From an uncultured Burkholderiaceae bacterium (lineage in GTDB: Bacteria > Pseudomonadota > Gammaproteobacteria > Burkholderiales > Burkholderiaceae_C): a stretch of DNA of 64,000 nt. The notes under the pieces are model-generated. The model did no database searches. It had not been told where the DNA came from and saw only the letters and a program-made list of their open reading frames with translations. Of this stretch, positions 62,901 to 64,000 are shown one piece after another (within the stretch, counting starts at the first letter, position 1; each line of letters starts with the position of its first letter). The position numbers were made by a program, and so were the translations under genes. The stretch covers positions 18,163 to 82,162 of the forward strand of contig CAYZPX010000001.1 in NCBI GenBank assembly GCA_964480105.1, given 5' to 3'.

Positions 62901-64000
62901 GGTGTGATCAACCTGGCGCGAGACCTGCAAGGCGCAGCGGTCAACCTTGCTGGCACGCCGCTGGCGGACAAGAAGGGCAAGATTGCTTGGCAAGCCAAGA
63001 ATGCGCTGCTGGACATCTATCGCGCTGCACGGGCCGACCGCAAAAACGAAGCGCACTCGGGCGAATGGACCCAATGGTGGGATATGTTCCAGGAGGATGG
63101 TGGCCCTACTGGCTACCGCGACATCTTCAAGGACAGCAACGAGCGCACTAAGGCCATCACCAAGACCATGAGCCCTGACGCTTGGATGGAGTCAGCATTC
63201 GGCAAAGTGGCTACGGCAGGTGGCTTGCTCAAAAACCCGGCAGCAGCAGTTGCAAAAAAGGGCGGCTGGATGTTCGACTTGTTGAGCGACTACAACCTTG
63301 CCATGGAAAACGCTATCCGGGTTTCGACCTACCGTGCCGCGATTGAAAGCGGTATGACCCGTGAGCGCGCAGCAAGCCTCGCCAAAAACATCACCGTCAA
63401 CTTCAACCGCAAGGGGCAGATGGCATTGAAGGCCGGCGCCCTATATGCCTTTTTCAATGCGGCCGTGCAGGGAAATGCCCGCCTTGCCCAGACATTGTTC
63501 ACGATGGACCCCGGCAAACCCAAAACCATTCGCCTGAGCCCGCTGGGAAAGAAGGTTGTCGCTGGCGGTGTTCTGCTGGGAGCCCTGCAGGCGGTGGTCA
63601 TGGCGGTGGCTGGGTTTGAGGACGAGAACCCACCCGACTTCGTGCGTGAGCGCAACTTCATCCTACCTACCGGCTGGGGGCGATTCTTGACGAGTCCAAT
63701 GCCTCTGGGTCTGCACATCCTCCCTGGCATTGGCAGACACTTGACGGAGTTCGCCTTGTCTGGTGGCAAAGAGCCGCAGAAGCGGGCCATCGACATGTTT
63801 GCCATGATCTTTGACAGCGTCTATCCCTTTGGCAGCGCTGGCTGGAGTCTGCAGACGCTGTCCCCAACGCTCTTCGACCCCATCATTGCATTGGCTGAAA
63901 ACAAGGACTACGCTGGACGCCCCATCGCCCGAGAAAGCATAGACCCGAACGTGCCAGGGCACGAACTAACCCGTACCACGGCAACGTGGCCGAGCATGGC
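56937..64000 (+). CDS. giant polyvalent virion/ejection protein 2 (more than 2354 aa; 3' end beyond the window): N6-adenine methyltransferase domain, ART-like domain
   Basis: ATG 56937 shares its A with the ferritin TGA. The frame (position mod 3 = 0) stays open to nt 64000, so it is absent from the ORF track. VLEPSAGMG (59040-59063) and NPPF (59385-59396) are gamma-class methyltransferase motifs. LYHGTRDDITVFD begins at 61227. All long minus-strand ORFs here are antisense shadows. Confidence 0.85.
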   Translation, partial: MSKCKYVLTLPSGEVITKFGKAAMKAYLVQEGMATFFPDGFKPPQEKPQAPQADSKTPLIDRHTAVMDAVREGKSTPETFKESFEAVVSGADAIKAELNGKTKAELLAGGGPYFQARYKSESKPTVIDGIYRAMLDEYTLGESFSYGMGSYEKAVRRLVEATDADKLTRFAEERAAAIQEAAARRQAKAAALENPQTLSDYRELLNSKIRSGMTRREAFLTLTPEQRIQYDTLEAESTREAREARKRADATRVQTAGQTTTGQVIATKHTKNGYDLFVVQLADRLSPEDYKKVLASAKKMGGWYSSFRGNGAIPGFQFKDRANADAFLQLAQGDASAVQAQVEQRRDAFEDDRSQTVVERLSAMADKLEAAAIEEENRDRKANTGRRARFARAALDAAAADKALAKTMRNIAQAIGDGRAKFLDQVRAKTQVDMLNQLVRTAKDNELRAKYPSYADQEKRKGEPPTAETADFAEFPTYGAFRSDLATLGRQLLEVDGTKKLGQSLMSVADDVTDAYLEFAKANLSLVSQFTRGDALADFANREAAERAIRKSSLSGKAIVLPIKRGQNRIVMSPSEAINRGIWQGDGDKRIMLTAEFGAELVEAIGRRGNKQNKLTVPWQFQNAYDRRKALSRLGIETPSEFRSALREFIGLKEQATQNKVRELELQMVGRKADGLDFFPTAAEIADQMIEAADLTPDMAVLEPSAGMGHLADRIRAAGAEPDVIEISPDRRELLEEKGYHLADVDDFLGLKPRETFTYGDVFRAPDGTEGILRGSNQNRVRLVDEEGNQLGFYYRDELTGVRHRGTGSGYDRIIMNPPFSNRRDAQHVRHAYDLLKPGGRIVAIMGEGVFFGNDQKAQDFRDWLESVGGTSEKLPEGSFMDPSLPVTTGVNARMVIIDKPDVAPGEAAIEGGDIAFSRRMDESPLAQEVREAAAALDAANEMGDAMNEANPDTITLEDFMAAGEARMNAEKAMVEALAKASDDGFAVEGLTADGRMLIVTPSASEQGRWQLTRFGKDGEPWSDTRFNTKEMALKYLVEEAMPSSLRHVDAAFSRGAAGANAGVNWVESADQSAATIVANAIRADNQNKPGTYAYTIVEPARGRLGAGFGNSGSARAQNLTDALSRQAREFGATFGRRVVFVRPDRGSPSFFNGFILAKSDPNTIYVNIDANVNLMSILGHEFYEGLLVQNPKLHNWFVNESLRHMKDGALAAYVDKIKRSGDKQSDAGRLKELLADFTGDALADPEFRRSLEQADQNKFRQLIRAFRNFLIQTLSKMRARVTGSGLTGDKTLGSEQYFKDVQALRDVLRKVIQQSNSGGNLKTYLENGGVMFSRSGDQTQTENFKRWYGEWQNAANADTQSPIRGADAGAGGGLQGDRDNPANPGGAADVNAVQRPQNVDTDSASGYTVGQAYFSGASGPTGADGAPLRLYHGTRDDITVFDINHPRRKDFGWLGDGVYLTDDPWEGGYYSQAKRGPNGPNVMPLYANVRNPYQATEVEKERLKTASKDAVRAFTARVKAMGHDGVVLEKEDGVIELVAFEPTQVKSAIGNNGDFDPANPDIRFSRKAPDDTTPQPWQAPSLEDASHKFAWDNMTYALQDKLIDTKRVVQAIQQAGGELKDQTDVYLQEELYHARVSHKSQEFVQKELTPMVQALASKGIELADFERYLHARHAPEANRVMKERNPNEAEIEAKKKVVYAQLQALGSMLKDEGAPAKEKARVQRLFNQMAGKLELLAQVKPWQGSEEDRQKLSGMSDDEARAVMAALSPEQARDMAEVAAMFDSIVKKNRQEMVDYELEDQDTVDGWGQMFEFYVPLMREDEGNSQGTGQGFNIKGRETKSRTGSTRKVVDIVANLAMQRERLIVRGEKNRVSQALVGLASANPNPDFWQVGAPDMERKYDPRTNSVKLVANPNYKNLPNVVTAKLRGADGKVSEVAVVFNEEDNRAKRMAESLKNLDGQTLEGLWEKSATITRYLAAMSTQYNPVFGVINLARDLQGAAVNLAGTPLADKKGKIAWQAKNALLDIYRAARADRKNEAHSGEWTQWWDMFQEDGGPTGYRDIFKDSNERTKAITKTMSPDAWMESAFGKVATAGGLLKNPAAAVAKKGGWMFDLLSDYNLAMENAIRVSTYRAAIESGMTRERAASLAKNITVNFNRKGQMALKAGALYAFFNAAVQGNARLAQTLFTMDPGKPKTIRLSPLGKKVVAGGVLLGALQAVVMAVAGFEDENPPDFVRERNFILPTGWGRFLTSPMPLGLHILPGIGRHLTEFALSGGKEPQKRAIDMFAMIFDSVYPFGSAGWSLQTLSPTLFDPIIALAENKDYAGRPIARESIDPNVPGHELTRTTATWPSM

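Noticed and set aside
57510-63962. Minus-strand ORFs 57510..59066, 59139..60290, 60597..61064, 61299..61781, 62142..62561, 63329..63805 and others. These are the only sizeable ORFs the track shows beyond 57 kb.
   Set aside because: All are antisense or off-frame to one continuous plus-strand frame from 56937. That frame carries methyltransferase and other domain motifs and is simply unlisted because it has no stop in the window.

Overview
The whole window is one stretch of a temperate, high-G+C dsDNA phage or prophage. No integrase, att site or host gene is visible. Layout: (i) 1-10.5 kb, minus strand, early-left genes: C5 DNA methyltransferase, RdgC, MazG-like, SSB, YqaJ-type exonuclease, RecT, a low-G+C two-gene insert and a second dNTP pyrophosphohydrolase. 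(ii) 10.5-11.9 kb: tRNA-Arg(UCU) preceded by about 1.1 kb of ORF-poor, highly structured sequence driven by an operator-flanked promoter. (iii) 11.9-14.1 kb, immunity region: S24/LexA-type CI repressor co-transcribed with two unknown genes, three operators, and cro. (iv) 14-22.8 kb, early-right genes: replication initiator, DnaB, beta-class methyltransferase, RuvC-like, NinB, a Q-like zinc-finger protein and RadC. (v) 22.9-64 kb, late genes: TerS, TerL, T7-type portal, scaffold, N4-gp56-type capsid, fibres, an embedded lysis cassette (SAR endolysin, Rz/Rz1), internal virion proteins, a 2349-aa polyvalent protein, a ferritin, and a second giant polyvalent protein. Two genes run off the window edges and so are missing from the ORF track: the C5 methyltransferase (1-1011, minus) and the second polyvalent protein (56937 to beyond 64000, plus). 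Best candidates for something undescribed: (a) three tandem cloverleaf-like RNA modules with compensatory stem changes and conserved complementary loops, in a promoter - leader - tRNA - terminator arrangement at the position of lambda nutL/N or HK022 putL; (b) a two-gene cassette translationally coupled to cI at the rexAB-equivalent position, a candidate lysogen defence or exclusion system; (c) a bona fide ferritin gene wedged between two giant ejection proteins; (d) a 130-nt structured intergenic module present twice; (e) frame anomalies, namely a (CTGG)4 tract in a virion gene, a split zinc-ribbon gene, and a codon-bias island in the wrong frame inside the giant gene. All functional calls rest on motifs read by eye. 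No database search was run.
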